Source: a virus (taxonomy: Duplodnaviria; Caudoviricetes). From it: DNA of 35,402 bases. A program made the position numbers and the translations under genes. This document shows positions 1 to 9,292 of this stretch, in pieces. The notes below the pieces were generated by a model. That model saw only the letters and a list, made by a program, of their open reading frames with translations, had not been told where the DNA came from and did no database searches. The stretch lies in the IMG/VR virus record IMGVR_UViG_3300020414_001615, positions 1-35,402 of that record; one strand, given 5' to 3'. Positions within the stretch are counted from its first letter, which is position 1. Each line of letters opens with the position of its first letter.

Positions 1-2
1 TG

Positions 3-1499
3 TTCTGGATTGATGACGGTATAAACAGAGACGGGTGTCAGGTCGTGGAGGACGGTATCGTCTGTTACAGCGACAGAGCGGGGAAGGGCTTCATGTCGTG
101 GCGCGACATCTTCGGAGCGGGGTTCGTAAAAGACTACGAAGAGAAGAAGCTGGCGGGGCTACTTGACGAGTATTGGTTTAACGGTCGGAGCTTTTTTAAG
201 GTGCTCTTTAACAGTGCTGTGTCTATTCCCCGTGACCAACTTATCCTAGAGTTGAGGCAGGCTGGATTTACTGCCAAGCCAAGGAAGAACCAACCACTGT
301 CGGAAGTAGAGGCGGCTATTTTAACAGTAAGCAACCAGAACAGAATCGATGAGATCGCCCCCGTCGTGTTCTCAGGGGATCGGGTGGTGAGCTACAACGG
401 GCACAGGATTCTGAACTGTGCAAACATTGATCCAGTCCAGCCTGATGCGGACGGCGATAAAACAAAATGGCCTTTTTTGGATAAGTGGTTGAGCCAGCTT
501 TTTGTGGATAGCGGTTCTAGCCCTGCTCTGGATTACTTTTACTCGTGGCTGAAGCGGTTCTATATGTCCGTTCTGGAGAGGGAGTTCGTACAAGGGCAGG
601 CTCTACTTTTAGTGGGTCCAACGAATAAGGGGAAGTCGTTGTTGTCGAACAGGGTAATCAGTGGATTAGTGGGTGGATATGCTGACGCTTCTGATTACTT
701 GTCTGGTCAGACAAAATTCAACAAGGATCTGGGCCGTGTAGCAACGTGGGTCATTGACGACACTACTTCTGCTGCTTCATTCCAAGATCAACGGAAAGCA
801 ACTGAGCTGATTAAAAGGGCCGTAGCAAACCCTCGTGTTGAGTATCAGGCTAAATACGCTGACGCAATGAGCATCCCGTGGACGGGTAGAGTTGTGATGT
901 CTCTCAACATGGACATTAACAGTTTGTCGGTGATACCTTCTCTGGACAGTAGCAACAGGGACAAGTTGATGGCTCTACGTATCAGGGACAACGCTACAAG
1001 TAATTTCCCTCGTAACTCTATACTTGAGAAGACCATCGAGGATGAGCTGCCGTTTTTCGCTAAGTTCCTTATGGACTGGGTGATCCCAAAAGAAGTGGAA
1101 GACGTGGGTCGTTTTGGAGTGCAGTCTTTTATCGACAACACTATTGCTGATGCCGCTTACGATAACAGTAGCAGAAGCACCGTGGCAGAACTGGTAGAGT
1201 TCTTTGTGAAGAGGTGCCGCGAGCTAAACGACGAAATGGATTATTGGACGGGCACCTTGACAGAATTCCAAGTCGCGCTGCATGACTTCAACAACGGGAG
1301 GAATGTTGGCATGTCCAACAACCTAGAGTTTGTCAGACGTGGTATGGCCACTCTGGAAGAGTCTGGGAAAAACAATTCCCACGTTCGACCAATCAAATCT
1401 AAAGGTAGAGGTGGTGGCAAGATTTGGGAAATCAGCCTTTCTTCTTCCTTCGATATCGATGTGATGACTCAAACGAGTCAGGCCGTCTCAACGCCTTGA
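3..1499 (+). CDS. Primase-associated P-loop NTPase/helicase (DUF5906/VirE-like), 5'-truncated by the window edge
   Basis: Frame is open from position 3; Walker A GPTNKGKS, Walker B-like WVIDD, and KFNKDL / VEYQAKYAD segments typical of phage primase-helicase C-terminal domains. Confidence 0.75.
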   Translation, partial: FWIDDGINRDGCQVVEDGIVCYSDRAGKGFMSWRDIFGAGFVKDYEEKKLAGLLDEYWFNGRSFFKVLFNSAVSIPRDQLILELRQAGFTAKPRKNQPLSEVEAAILTVSNQNRIDEIAPVVFSGDRVVSYNGHRILNCANIDPVQPDADGDKTKWPFLDKWLSQLFVDSGSSPALDYFYSWLKRFYMSVLEREFVQGQALLLVGPTNKGKSLLSNRVISGLVGGYADASDYLSGQTKFNKDLGRVATWVIDDTTSAASFQDQRKATELIKRAVANPRVEYQAKYADAMSIPWTGRVVMSLNMDINSLSVIPSLDSSNRDKLMALRIRDNATSNFPRNSILEKTIEDELPFFAKFLMDWVIPKEVEDVGRFGVQSFIDNTIADAAYDNSSRSTVAELVEFFVKRCRELNDEMDYWTGTLTEFQVALHDFNNGRNVGMSNNLEFVRRGMATLEESGKNNSHVRPIKSKGRGGGKIWEISLSSSFDIDVMTQTSQAVSTP

Positions 1500-1983
1500 T
1501 CGGGAGGTGATACCCATCGCAAAGATAGGTAAACCCTTCTTCATCTGAATCGCCTTTCTTTTTAAAATTTAAAGGCTTAGTGACGTGGTGGCGACTAGCC
1601 CACCCTAAAAGCCAGACTTTTGAAAAATCTTTGTGGACCCGTGTAAAAAAATACACGTCTGCTTTTAAATCTTTGTTCGCAGAATTTACACTAGCGATGT
1701 AGTGAAGTTGGGGACGAGTCGTGCAGGTTTTAGATTTTACGTCCACCTTCTTCTTATTGAAAAGGTAGTCATGGGTATAACACTGCTCACCTACATGCTC
1801 TGCGGCTTTAATATATTTGCCAAAAGCAACCTCCCCCAAAAACCCAGTCATCCGGCCTGCCCCTTTAGTGTAGGAATTAGGTGGTATGCCTAAAGCCTGA
1901 GACCTTCGGAAAGCCTCCGCGACATCTTCCTTGTTAGGGTGAAACAGGACGAATCGGTTTTTTAGCTGGCGAAACTGGCTCAA
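1432..1983 (-). CDS. Putative PD-(D/E)XK nuclease-fold phage protein
   Basis: GFLGEVAF...HDY...VDVKSK pattern resembles the E..D..DxK restriction-endonuclease-like motif; overlaps the 3' end of the convergent helicase gene. Confidence 0.5.
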   Translation of the reverse strand: MSQFRQLKNRFVLFHPNKEDVAEAFRRSQALGIPPNSYTKGAGRMTGFLGEVAFGKYIKAAEHVGEQCYTHDYLFNKKKVDVKSKTCTTRPQLHYIASVNSANKDLKADVYFFTRVHKDFSKVWLLGWASRHHVTKPLNFKKKGDSDEEGFTYLCDGYHLPIKALRRPDSFESSHRYRRKKKG

Positions 1984-2219
1984 GTTCTAAATTGGCGGGT
2001 CTTATCAGCAATCGATTTAGGTTGCTTAACAAATTGCTTACCCGCTTTGTTACCTTCAGCTTTAGCTTTATTAGTTGCGGCCTTTTCAGAAGAAGACAGA
2101 GAAGCCCACGCAGCATCAGGTAAATATCTTTTCTTCCCTTTGCTGGGCTTCTTATCAGAGGTGCGCCACTTCTGTTTTGTCCAACGATCTAAAGATTTCT
2201 GTGGGTTTCTTTTAGCCAT
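1980..2219 (-). CDS. Small basic phage protein (DUF5872-like, C-terminal-type half)
   Basis: SLDRWTKQKWRT...KRYLP...KQFV motif; stop codon overlaps the next start codon. Confidence 0.6.
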   Translation of the reverse strand: MAKRNPQKSLDRWTKQKWRTSDKKPSKGKKRYLPDAAWASLSSSEKAATNKAKAEGNKAGKQFVKQPKSIADKTRQFRT

Positions 2220-2386
2220 CAGTAACTGTCTTTTTTCTTTAGAAATCTAGCCGCTCTTTTTTTTGCGCCTTCGGGTTTAGTGTGGCCAAAACCTTTTTTC
2301 TTCATAGCAAGGTGGTCTTCGTGGGTGTTTGCTTTGTGGCCCTTGCCCGACTTATCGTACATCATATGTGGTTTGAATTTTTTCAT
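2219..2386 (-). CDS. Small basic hypothetical protein, 55 aa (MKKFKPHMMYDKSGKGHKANTHEDHLAMKKKGFGH...)
   Basis: Manually translated, absent from the ORF track; TGATG stop/start overlap with the next gene. Confidence 0.6.
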   Translation of the reverse strand: MKKFKPHMMYDKSGKGHKANTHEDHLAMKKKGFGHTKPEGAKKRAARFLKKKDSY

Positions 2387-2390
2387 ATCT

Positions 2391-2570
2391 TTAATCTCTG
2401 TAACCGCCCCCCGCTTTTTTGTAGCGAGAAGCTAATAACTGGGCTTTCCGTGCTGACCATTGTCCTGCTTTGCCCCCTTTTGTTCCACGTTTGATCTCGT
2501 TAAACAAACGGCGTCGCATCGTCGGCTTGGTGTAATTGCCCGCTTCGTTGACTCGTGATTTTTTATTCAC
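2391..2570 (-). CDS. Small basic protein, 59 aa (DUF5872-like, N-terminal-type half)
   Basis: Manually translated from GTG: NKKSRVNEAGNYTKPTMRRRLFNEIKRGTKGGKAGQWSARKAQLLASRYKKAGGGYRD; fills the gap in the operon. Confidence 0.65.
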   Translation of the reverse strand: MNKKSRVNEAGNYTKPTMRRRLFNEIKRGTKGGKAGQWSARKAQLLASRYKKAGGGYRD

Positions 2571-2862
2571 TGTTAAATCGTTTAGTAAACCTTTCCCAAG
2601 CTGGGAAATAGATCTCGTCCATACACCTCACTATACTTTCCTCTTCGTAAGATTCTGAGTAACTGAGACCAGAGATGGCGAGGCTAGCGTGAAGCATCTC
2701 ATGCCGCACGGTGTCGTGGAGTTCCTTACCCTTGAGGGTCTTATCGATGGTAATAAGTTTTCGTCTATGGGAATACATCCCGTAGCAGTCATCATCTCCC
2801 AGATCTCCCAGCCGGATTCGGACCCGAACACCGCCGATAGTTATGCTCTTGGGGAGGCTCAT
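2563..2862 (-). CDS. Small HEXXH zinc metallopeptidase-like protein
   Basis: HEMLH motif with downstream EE and an upstream YG motif; 4-nt overlap with the amidase stop. Confidence 0.65.
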   Translation of the reverse strand: MSLPKSITIGGVRVRIRLGDLGDDDCYGMYSHRRKLITIDKTLKGKELHDTVRHEMLHASLAISGLSYSESYEEESIVRCMDEIYFPAWERFTKRFNSE

Positions 2863-3410
2863 CCTTCTGCATAGTTTTTAATCGCGCGGGCATACACACC
2901 CGCAAGCCTCCCACGATTATTGTTAATCATTCTCCACTCTTCTTCATTACTCCCGAAAAACGGTTCAGCAATCACCGCTACAGGGCGCACCTTGCGGAGT
3001 AGATAACTACCTCGTTGTTTGGGGCCTCGCGGTTTTATGCCCCGTGAAACCATTTCGGGATACGATTGCTCCATCTCATCACGTAGAGTAGAAGCAAGTT
3101 TCTCTCCGCCCTTGCTAGTATGCCAATAAAGCCACTCGTGCCCTTTGGCGGATGGGCTGGCTGAGTTAAAATGTAGCTCAATAACTGCGTCGATGTCGTC
3201 TTCGATTAACTTACGAGACAGGTAATTGATGCCACCTACATAACTCTTAGCTGGATATGTATCGTAGATCCGGTGGTCTACATTTAAAACATGGGCAATA
3301 CGGCGAACCATGTCGCGGTTAAAGTCCCATTCCGAAAGGACATAGTCGCCTGTCGTATATGCGCCTTGGTCTCCTAGACGGGAGTGCCCAACTGCCAGAC
3401 CAATTTTCAT
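2859..3410 (-). CDS. Endolysin, N-acetylmuramoyl-L-alanine amidase (Amidase_3 type)
   Basis: Zinc/catalytic motifs VGHS, SEWDFN, ELHFNS and IAEPFF. Confidence 0.9.
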   Translation of the reverse strand: MKIGLAVGHSRLGDQGAYTTGDYVLSEWDFNRDMVRRIAHVLNVDHRIYDTYPAKSYVGGINYLSRKLIEDDIDAVIELHFNSASPSAKGHEWLYWHTSKGGEKLASTLRDEMEQSYPEMVSRGIKPRGPKQRGSYLLRKVRPVAVIAEPFFGSNEEEWRMINNNRGRLAGVYARAIKNYAEG

Positions 3411-3574
3411 TTTTTAATGACGCGGTAAAGAGACACAAGGCCAACAGCGATGCCCACAATAAGAGAACCAACACGCAACCAATACTCAAATTGTTCCTGC
3501 ATGCTTGTGATAAGGCCCAGCATCGGAGCCGCCATGCCAACTAGAGAGTCGATGACTTTAGGGTAGTTAATCAT
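3407..3574 (-). CDS. Holin-like small membrane protein, 55 aa
   Basis: Manually translated MINYPKVIDSLVGMAAPMLGLITSMQEQFEYWLRVGSLIVGIAVGLVSLYRVIKK; hydrophobic segments, basic C-terminus, overlaps the endolysin start. Confidence 0.55.
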   Translation of the reverse strand: MINYPKVIDSLVGMAAPMLGLITSMQEQFEYWLRVGSLIVGIAVGLVSLYRVIKK

Positions 3575-3852
3575 TTTTCACCAATAATAACCGCACGGCG
3601 ATATGAGTAGTCGCTGTGGAACTTGTGGTCTTTTCGCCCCACCAAACTCCCTTCGCAGAACTCATACGTTTTGCCTTCAATCAGCGTCACTGTCGGCGGA
3701 TCGTATAATGCGCTGGCGTTCGCGCTTGATGCGCTTTGCGACCCGTTCCATGAGCAGCTTGCTATGAGGGTCGCCAATGGAAGCAAGGCCATCAAGCCTA
3801 TCTTCGAGAGCGTCGAGATGTCGGTCTCGTTGCAGTCGCACATATTCGACAT
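3571..3852 (-). CDS. Putative lipoprotein, o-spanin-like (true start possibly at 3792)
   Basis: Hydrophobic stretch ending LIASC (lipobox-like); overlaps 3677-3895 in another frame inside the lysis cassette. Confidence 0.45.
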   Translation of the reverse strand: MSNMCDCNETDISTLSKIGLMALLPLATLIASCSWNGSQSASSANASALYDPPTVTLIEGKTYEFCEGSLVGRKDHKFHSDYSYRRAVIIGEK

Positions 3853-3895
3853 AAGCCTGTAAAGCAGCAGTTAATAACTTAAAGAAGGTCTTCAC
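3677..3895 (-). CDS. Putative i-spanin-like helical protein
   Basis: Weakly hydrophobic N-terminus followed by a charged helix; start overlaps the upstream stop. Confidence 0.4.
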   Translation of the reverse strand: MKTFFKLLTAALQAYVEYVRLQRDRHLDALEDRLDGLASIGDPHSKLLMERVAKRIKRERQRIIRSADSDAD

Positions 3896-4071
3896 TTGGA
3901 CTTAGCCTTGCCCACATTGAGGGCAAGCCAGCTAATGACGCTTGAGATTCTCTGGACCCATTTGTTGTCCGATTCGTTAGGAGTCATGGTGGCGACTAGT
4001 GAGGCCACCGCAATTACGCTGGCTGCAATCTGCAAAAGTTCTTCTGCGTTATTTGTAATGTATTCGATCAT
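3892..4071 (-). CDS. Holin-like membrane protein, 59 aa
   Basis: Manually translated MIEYITNNAEELLQIAASVIAVASLVATMTPNESDNKWVQRISSVISWLALNVGKAKSK; one TM segment plus a TPxxxD motif. Confidence 0.55.
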   Translation of the reverse strand: MIEYITNNAEELLQIAASVIAVASLVATMTPNESDNKWVQRISSVISWLALNVGKAKSK

Positions 4072-4082
4072 TGAATTGGGGG

Positions 4083-5126
4083 TTACATCATATTGTTGGT
4101 GTAGGCTCCCACACCAGAGGGGTCGAAATTGATTCTGGGTTTAGCCGCGCCTCTGTGGGCATCAAGCTCTTCATCAAGGATAGCGCGGCAAATTCCCCAG
4201 TGGTAATTAGCGCGTTCAAGATCTGCATTGTCTTCCGCAGTGTTGCCCAACATGGCATGCTTGATTGCACTCAGACTAGAAACATAAACAACGTCCGTGC
4301 TACTAAGAAGTGTCTGGAACTTGCGCTTTAGCAGGAGGCGGATCGACATCGTTTTTTCGTTCCGGTTGTCGATGCGGTAACGGCGGTAACGGGTTACTTG
4401 ATTAGCTTCTTGGAGCCTACTGGCAGCTACGCGAGTTACTGTAGGTGACGAACCCGTCTCAACCCACAACAACTGGAGAGGCTGGGATAGGCCAAGAGGC
4501 CCCACCCTTATTTCGCTGATGCTTGTGATGTCGTTGGCAGTTGTTGTAAGAAATTCATCACTTGAATCTTCGTTATTACAAGTGAACTTGCCACCGTTGT
4601 TGCCTCCGTTGTCTTCATCAACATCGGGGTCGGAGGTGTTCGTGCCATCAGAATAAGTTACATGGACCGTCTCAGTATTCCCATTAGGTAAATTAGTGTC
4701 GGGGTTAATTGTTCTTAACTGTAACTGGTAGGTCTTCCCGTCCACAGGCTCTTCGACAGTAGGTGAATAACCGTCGTCCACGATTCCGAAAGAAGCCAGA
4801 GTATGGTCCCCTGCTCTGTCATTACGGCCCGCGATCCTGTAATCATGGTGGGGTCCGTAAACCGTATTGGGGTAAGAATAATCAATGCTGTTACTATCAG
4901 AATCCACAAGAGCCGAGATAATAGACTCAGCATTGTCGGGGATCGTAAAAGTACTAGTCGTGGTGGTGACAACGTGCTCAAAAAGCAGGTCGCGCCACAT
5001 CCCCATATTGTAAAGGCGGGGGAGGGCCAGATTCAGTTCTTTTCTAAACTGATCGGAGTTCGCGCCTCTGGAACCGCATATCTCCAGCAAAGCATCTTCC
5101 ACCCCCTGTACAGTCAATGTGGCCAT
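4083..5126 (-). CDS. Virion structural protein, probable head-tail adaptor/tail tubular protein
   Basis: 347 aa, helical N- and C-termini with a beta-rich middle; position in the structural block; own promoter. Confidence 0.45.
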   Translation of the reverse strand: MATLTVQGVEDALLEICGSRGANSDQFRKELNLALPRLYNMGMWRDLLFEHVVTTTTSTFTIPDNAESIISALVDSDSNSIDYSYPNTVYGPHHDYRIAGRNDRAGDHTLASFGIVDDGYSPTVEEPVDGKTYQLQLRTINPDTNLPNGNTETVHVTYSDGTNTSDPDVDEDNGGNNGGKFTCNNEDSSDEFLTTTANDITSISEIRVGPLGLSQPLQLLWVETGSSPTVTRVAASRLQEANQVTRYRRYRIDNRNEKTMSIRLLLKRKFQTLLSSTDVVYVSSLSAIKHAMLGNTAEDNADLERANYHWGICRAILDEELDAHRGAAKPRINFDPSGVGAYTNNMM

Positions 5127-5131
5127 AATTC

Positions 5132-5160
5132 ACAGTATCAGATAGGAGGTTAAGGGTCAA
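5132..5160 (-). promoter_or_regulatory. Sigma70-type promoter TTGACC-N17-TACTGT with extended TG, ATG 5 nt after the -10
   Basis: Read on the minus strand; geometry implies a leaderless mRNA. Confidence 0.6.
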
Positions 5161-5174
5161 GATTAGGGGGTTAA

Positions 5175-6122
5175 TCAGGGTGCAGGGTGCTGGTGAGTAT
5201 CGTTATTAAACGCAGTGGGGGGTTCTGCAAAAGCCCCATCCTCTACACCAATCTTAGGTTGCCCGTCATTTTCGTCTGCGCGTTCGATCACAATATGACC
5301 ACCCGTAATTGACCCAATTTTGAGTTTAACCTGCCCACTATCCGTGTTGATTATGTCATTACCACTGTCTGCCGCTATAGGTGAGGTTGTTATGCCCCTG
5401 TCTTCGCCTTCCATAAGGAGGGTTTTACTATCTGTAGAAATTAAACCATCAAGATAGCTAATCGCAGGAATAGTAAGTGGGCCAAATGTAAATTGCGTAA
5501 ACGTAGCGACCTTTTCACCCTCGACTAATTCTACCTTAGCCGAGCCTAGAAAAATAACGGGATATACTTCTTGATTTTCTTCCCCCAAATCTCTGACAAG
5601 TTTCGCAGCGTCGAAATGATCTTTGTGTTCACTAGAGCCTACAAAACGAATCGTGTCCCTAATCTGTTCAATCACCAAACGACCCACAGTAGCGCGGGGG
5701 TTGGCTATCTCTGTGTGGTCGTCTGCTGAATTGAGGACAATCCAAAACCCATAGTCCAACCCCACTTCTACCGTAATAGGCATTTCGTCGTCTATTCCGG
5801 TCGCAAGTAGGGGGTTATCGTCGCCGTCAAGTTTTGCGAACTCTACACCAATTTGATGCCAAGCAGCTCTGCCAGATAACTTACCCTGTGCGTCGAGATC
5901 AGCGTCAAATCCAGAAGTAGCTGGGTCTGTAATCATCAAGACCCCTTCGCTCAATGCAACATTATCATCCTCAGTCTGGGATAACGTGAACTGCCTGTTA
6001 GTAGAATCAGCAGCATCCTGCACTACTGAGTAATCGCCAATAGGGAAATTAGGATCTTGGTCCCACCCTATATCAATCCCCACAAATGGAGGGAGGGTGT
6101 CGTTAAAAAAATCATTGGCCAT
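5175..6122 (-). CDS. Putative virion/tail protein
   Basis: 315 aa acidic, beta-rich ORF in the structural block. Confidence 0.45.
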   Translation of the reverse strand: MANDFFNDTLPPFVGIDIGWDQDPNFPIGDYSVVQDAADSTNRQFTLSQTEDDNVALSEGVLMITDPATSGFDADLDAQGKLSGRAAWHQIGVEFAKLDGDDNPLLATGIDDEMPITVEVGLDYGFWIVLNSADDHTEIANPRATVGRLVIEQIRDTIRFVGSSEHKDHFDAAKLVRDLGEENQEVYPVIFLGSAKVELVEGEKVATFTQFTFGPLTIPAISYLDGLISTDSKTLLMEGEDRGITTSPIAADSGNDIINTDSGQVKLKIGSITGGHIVIERADENDGQPKIGVEDGAFAEPPTAFNNDTHQHPAP

Positions 6123-6124
6123 TA

Positions 6125-7732
6125 CTAAGGAATCGGTTCTGGCTTAAAGACTGTAACTTGGCGGGTAAGATACCCACCCCGAAAAGGGTTTACTTCAACT
6201 GTGGCAACGAAACTTTTGGGCCAGTCTGTTACATTGGTCGCGGGGTAAGTTACTTGAGAGCCGACATTATGCCCCCATGTTGGGTCAGTTGTGCCTGTGT
6301 CACAAATTAAGGCTACGTTAGGGTGCAACGTAGGGGGAATCTGCACTGAAAGATATGGACTATTGTAAACGATTGGCAGCGGCTCCATCGTAAACGGGCG
6401 TTGTTTGTCGCTGGAAATAGTCGGAGCCTCTAATGCCCATTCTTCTGTAATGGTTGCGCGGGTAGGCCCACGGTAGCCTTGTTGTTTGAACTGGGGGCGC
6501 ACGTAATTGCGGTTACCGCCACTTTTGTCCTTCCATGACATAATATGGATTCCACCTGCCGTAATGCGATTCCCTTGAAAATCTAGCGTCCCATCGTCCC
6601 CAAGTACAGCAGGCCATGAATATGTAATGTAAGTATCGTAAGACCGGAGAAGTTTCCCGCCGAACTTTGCGCCAGTTCCTGCCTTGTCTTGGGGGATTAC
6701 GTCGGTAGATGTGACAAGGAACCAATCATCGCTGAGTTGCTTCGCCTCTGTCCGCACCCCTTCTGTAGAAACTCCCCACTTTGTTTCATCCAAGATTTCC
6801 CTCTCAATAACTGCTTCAGCTTCAGTTGAATTGTAGACCTCCCCCCTGTGATACAACGTCTCAGTCTGAACAAGCGTCCCTTCAGTAGTTTCGTCGTAAC
6901 TGGCAGTTGAAACTGAAACACGCTTAAAATAAATCCGCTGTTCTACAACAAACAACCCATCGAGTTCAGCATCACCAATCCGCTTCTGCTGGCGGGTCAT
7001 CAAAATATATTCGTCCTCAAATTGAGAAGCTGGGACATCAGGCATCGGGTCGCCCGCTTTATACTTGTCGTCGGTATCAGAAAAGTCAGACCGCAAAGTA
7101 ACATACGTCCTTATAACCGTGTCATACTTGTTGCCGCCAAAATCTGCTTGAGAGAATTCAAAGTTGTAGTCGTCTTGGTGGAGACGATCCGCCGCGTAGT
7201 AGTATTGGAAAGTCAGGCCGTTAGGGTCTGCCTGCTTAACATGGCACAGCTTGTGGCGGGGAAATTTATCCCTGTCGGGGTGTTCCGCCCCGTATCTAGG
7301 GTGCGTTAAATAGACACGGGCATTATTTGTTACGTCTATCGCGGATGGCGATAACGCCTCGCGCACAAAATATGTAAAAGTACTTCCTGATGCGTTTGCA
7401 ATCTTGTGCGTTCCGTTAGGACTAAAATATCCTGAACCGCGACTTAGACCTTCTATCGTGACATAATCACCATCATTGAAAAAATGGCTACCGCTAGTTG
7501 TTATGGTAATTGTATAGCCCTTCTGATGATTGCCCGCATCAACATTGACATCAACATTATATTCCTTCGTTGCCGAAAGTATGCTTGCCCCTTTTCCTAA
7601 GATCCCTCCAGCCCCAGCCCCAACCGTCTTCGCATCAACCGTTTCGTAGAACAGCAAATCCCCTACACTTGGCGATACAAATGTAAGGACGCTCTGGCGT
7701 TCTGGTGCTGGCTGACCGCGTTGGATGGGCAT
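6125..7732 (-). CDS. Putative tail protein with an inserted beta-barrel domain
   Basis: 535 aa; segment TITTSGSHFFNDGDYVTIEG...NGTHKI...TFTY resembles small barrels common in tail proteins. Confidence 0.5.
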   Translation of the reverse strand: MPIQRGQPAPERQSVLTFVSPSVGDLLFYETVDAKTVGAGAGGILGKGASILSATKEYNVDVNVDAGNHQKGYTITITTSGSHFFNDGDYVTIEGLSRGSGYFSPNGTHKIANASGSTFTYFVREALSPSAIDVTNNARVYLTHPRYGAEHPDRDKFPRHKLCHVKQADPNGLTFQYYYAADRLHQDDYNFEFSQADFGGNKYDTVIRTYVTLRSDFSDTDDKYKAGDPMPDVPASQFEDEYILMTRQQKRIGDAELDGLFVVEQRIYFKRVSVSTASYDETTEGTLVQTETLYHRGEVYNSTEAEAVIEREILDETKWGVSTEGVRTEAKQLSDDWFLVTSTDVIPQDKAGTGAKFGGKLLRSYDTYITYSWPAVLGDDGTLDFQGNRITAGGIHIMSWKDKSGGNRNYVRPQFKQQGYRGPTRATITEEWALEAPTISSDKQRPFTMEPLPIVYNSPYLSVQIPPTLHPNVALICDTGTTDPTWGHNVGSQVTYPATNVTDWPKSFVATVEVNPFRGGYLTRQVTVFKPEPIP

Positions 7733-7738
7733 GGTTCA

Positions 7739-7984
7739 CTATTCGGGGGCAAGGAATTGTTCAACCCACTCAAGATAGGATGCGTGGTCTTGCAAATTAC
7801 TTTTTTCGTCGCTATTCAGCTCTCCACCGTCATCTGGAACGATTAGAAAACTGCCTCCTGTTGTCTTTCTGCTTTCTACGAAACCATAGAGATGCTGGGT
7901 AACAGCGTCTTCATCGCCGCCCCACAGTTCTTTGCTACGGTTTGCGGCCCCCGCCTTTGTTTCAAAATGTAAGTATTTTGACAT
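7739..7984 (-). CDS. Small hypothetical protein, possible tail-fibre chaperone (start MSKYLHFE)
   Basis: ATG overlaps the stop of the preceding gene. Confidence 0.5.
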   Translation of the reverse strand: MSKYLHFETKAGAANRSKELWGGDEDAVTQHLYGFVESRKTTGGSFLIVPDDGGELNSDEKSNLQDHASYLEWVEQFLAPE

Positions 7985-8949
7985 TACAATTCGTAGTAGG
8001 TTTCCAGATCGCTCCAAACAGTTCCGGCAGTTGCGCTTGATGCGGCGAAGGCTGCGGTGTTCTCCCAACAGACTACCTCATAAATTTGCCCGTCCCACTG
8101 GTCGGTTGTAAAGTAAGGGTAGTTGCAATATCCAATATGGAAGTGACCGTAACCAAACGAGTTTACGTTGTGTGAAGAACTCATTGGCGACCTATCGGTC
8201 CCATTTACTTTCATTTGAATCTCATTGCCTGACTCAGCGGGCATATAAGAAGCGATGTTTACATCAATGCTACTGGTGCTGGCAGAAACCGTGCTATTCA
8301 AAGTATCAATATCGGTATTGCCACCACCACCACCCACATCAAAGCGGTATGTGTCTCCCTCAACATACAGAGAGCGGCCATACGCAGGATAATAATACAG
8401 AGCGGAGATTATCTCATGCCTGTCGTTATCGGTGTCAATATACTTAGATGCCGTCACCCATGTGTTTGAATCTCCAACGTCTGTTCCGTCTCCTCCTTCG
8501 GCGGGAACATGGGTTGTTTGCAGGTATTCGGTTGCGCTGAAGTCTAACGCAGTAAAGTCTGCCAACAGAGGAGGCTGTAAACTTGCAGATGTTTGGTACG
8601 CACTTTGTGCCGATCCGACTTGGTCATACCACGTAGTCACATAAACAGTAGCTCCACCAGCAAACGCGGTCAAAGTCATTGTTCCGCTGTATGAGCCTGA
8701 AGCGACCGATATAGCAGAAGATGCGCTGACCTTATTATCATCGTCAAAAGAGACATCTACTTCGACCGCAGAACCTCCGGTCCCTTTTCGGACCCTGACT
8801 GCATAGCTTGAATAATCTGCCCGTAGCTTTCTTAGGCTATAGGCAAGGGTAGCTGTCGGCATCCCGTCCCTGTCCAGCAGCATGGGCGTTGCCGCAGCAG
8901 AAGGTTTCTTCTGGTGCGCGGCCAGACCAAGTGACTGTCCTAAACGCAT
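7984..8949 (-). CDS. Lectin-like (ConA/LamG, arabinofuranosidase-B-like) virion protein, possible receptor-binding protein
   Basis: AYSLRKL..DY...VRVR, VTTWYDQ and W.G.IYEVV motifs typical of this phage domain. Confidence 0.65.
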   Translation of the reverse strand: MRLGQSLGLAAHQKKPSAAATPMLLDRDGMPTATLAYSLRKLRADYSSYAVRVRKGTGGSAVEVDVSFDDDNKVSASSAISVASGSYSGTMTLTAFAGGATVYVTTWYDQVGSAQSAYQTSASLQPPLLADFTALDFSATEYLQTTHVPAEGGDGTDVGDSNTWVTASKYIDTDNDRHEIISALYYYPAYGRSLYVEGDTYRFDVGGGGGNTDIDTLNSTVSASTSSIDVNIASYMPAESGNEIQMKVNGTDRSPMSSSHNVNSFGYGHFHIGYCNYPYFTTDQWDGQIYEVVCWENTAAFAASSATAGTVWSDLETYYEL

Positions 8950-9275
8950 TAGGCTGCGTGGTAGCAGAGAACGGTTCCAGAGCGGAGCTTAACTGAAACA
9001 AACTGACCGTAGATTGTTACTCCAGCAGGGACGGTTACGCCATCAGCAGCCGTGGTCCGGAACAGTTGTTTTGCGGCTACGGCAGAGTCAGTGAACTCAG
9101 GCCATTTAGTATGGTCAGCGTCTGCATATCCGTCGGTGTCGTCGTCGTGACCATCGAAGATGGTATCCTCAATAATGAGGATAGCACATATTTCTTTTGC
9201 CACTCCTTCAGTGCCACTAAGTAGTGTTGCTCCAGCCTGCCCGAAGGATTGTTTGTCGATATTGGATGTTGCCAT
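8949..9275 (-). CDS. Small virion protein
   Basis: C-terminal PAGVTIYGQFVSVKLRSG motif; coupled to the next gene. Confidence 0.55.
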   Translation of the reverse strand: MATSNIDKQSFGQAGATLLSGTEGVAKEICAILIIEDTIFDGHDDDTDGYADADHTKWPEFTDSAVAAKQLFRTTAADGVTVPAGVTIYGQFVSVKLRSGTVLCYHAA

Positions 9276-9292
9276 GATTGTTGGTTGTTAAA

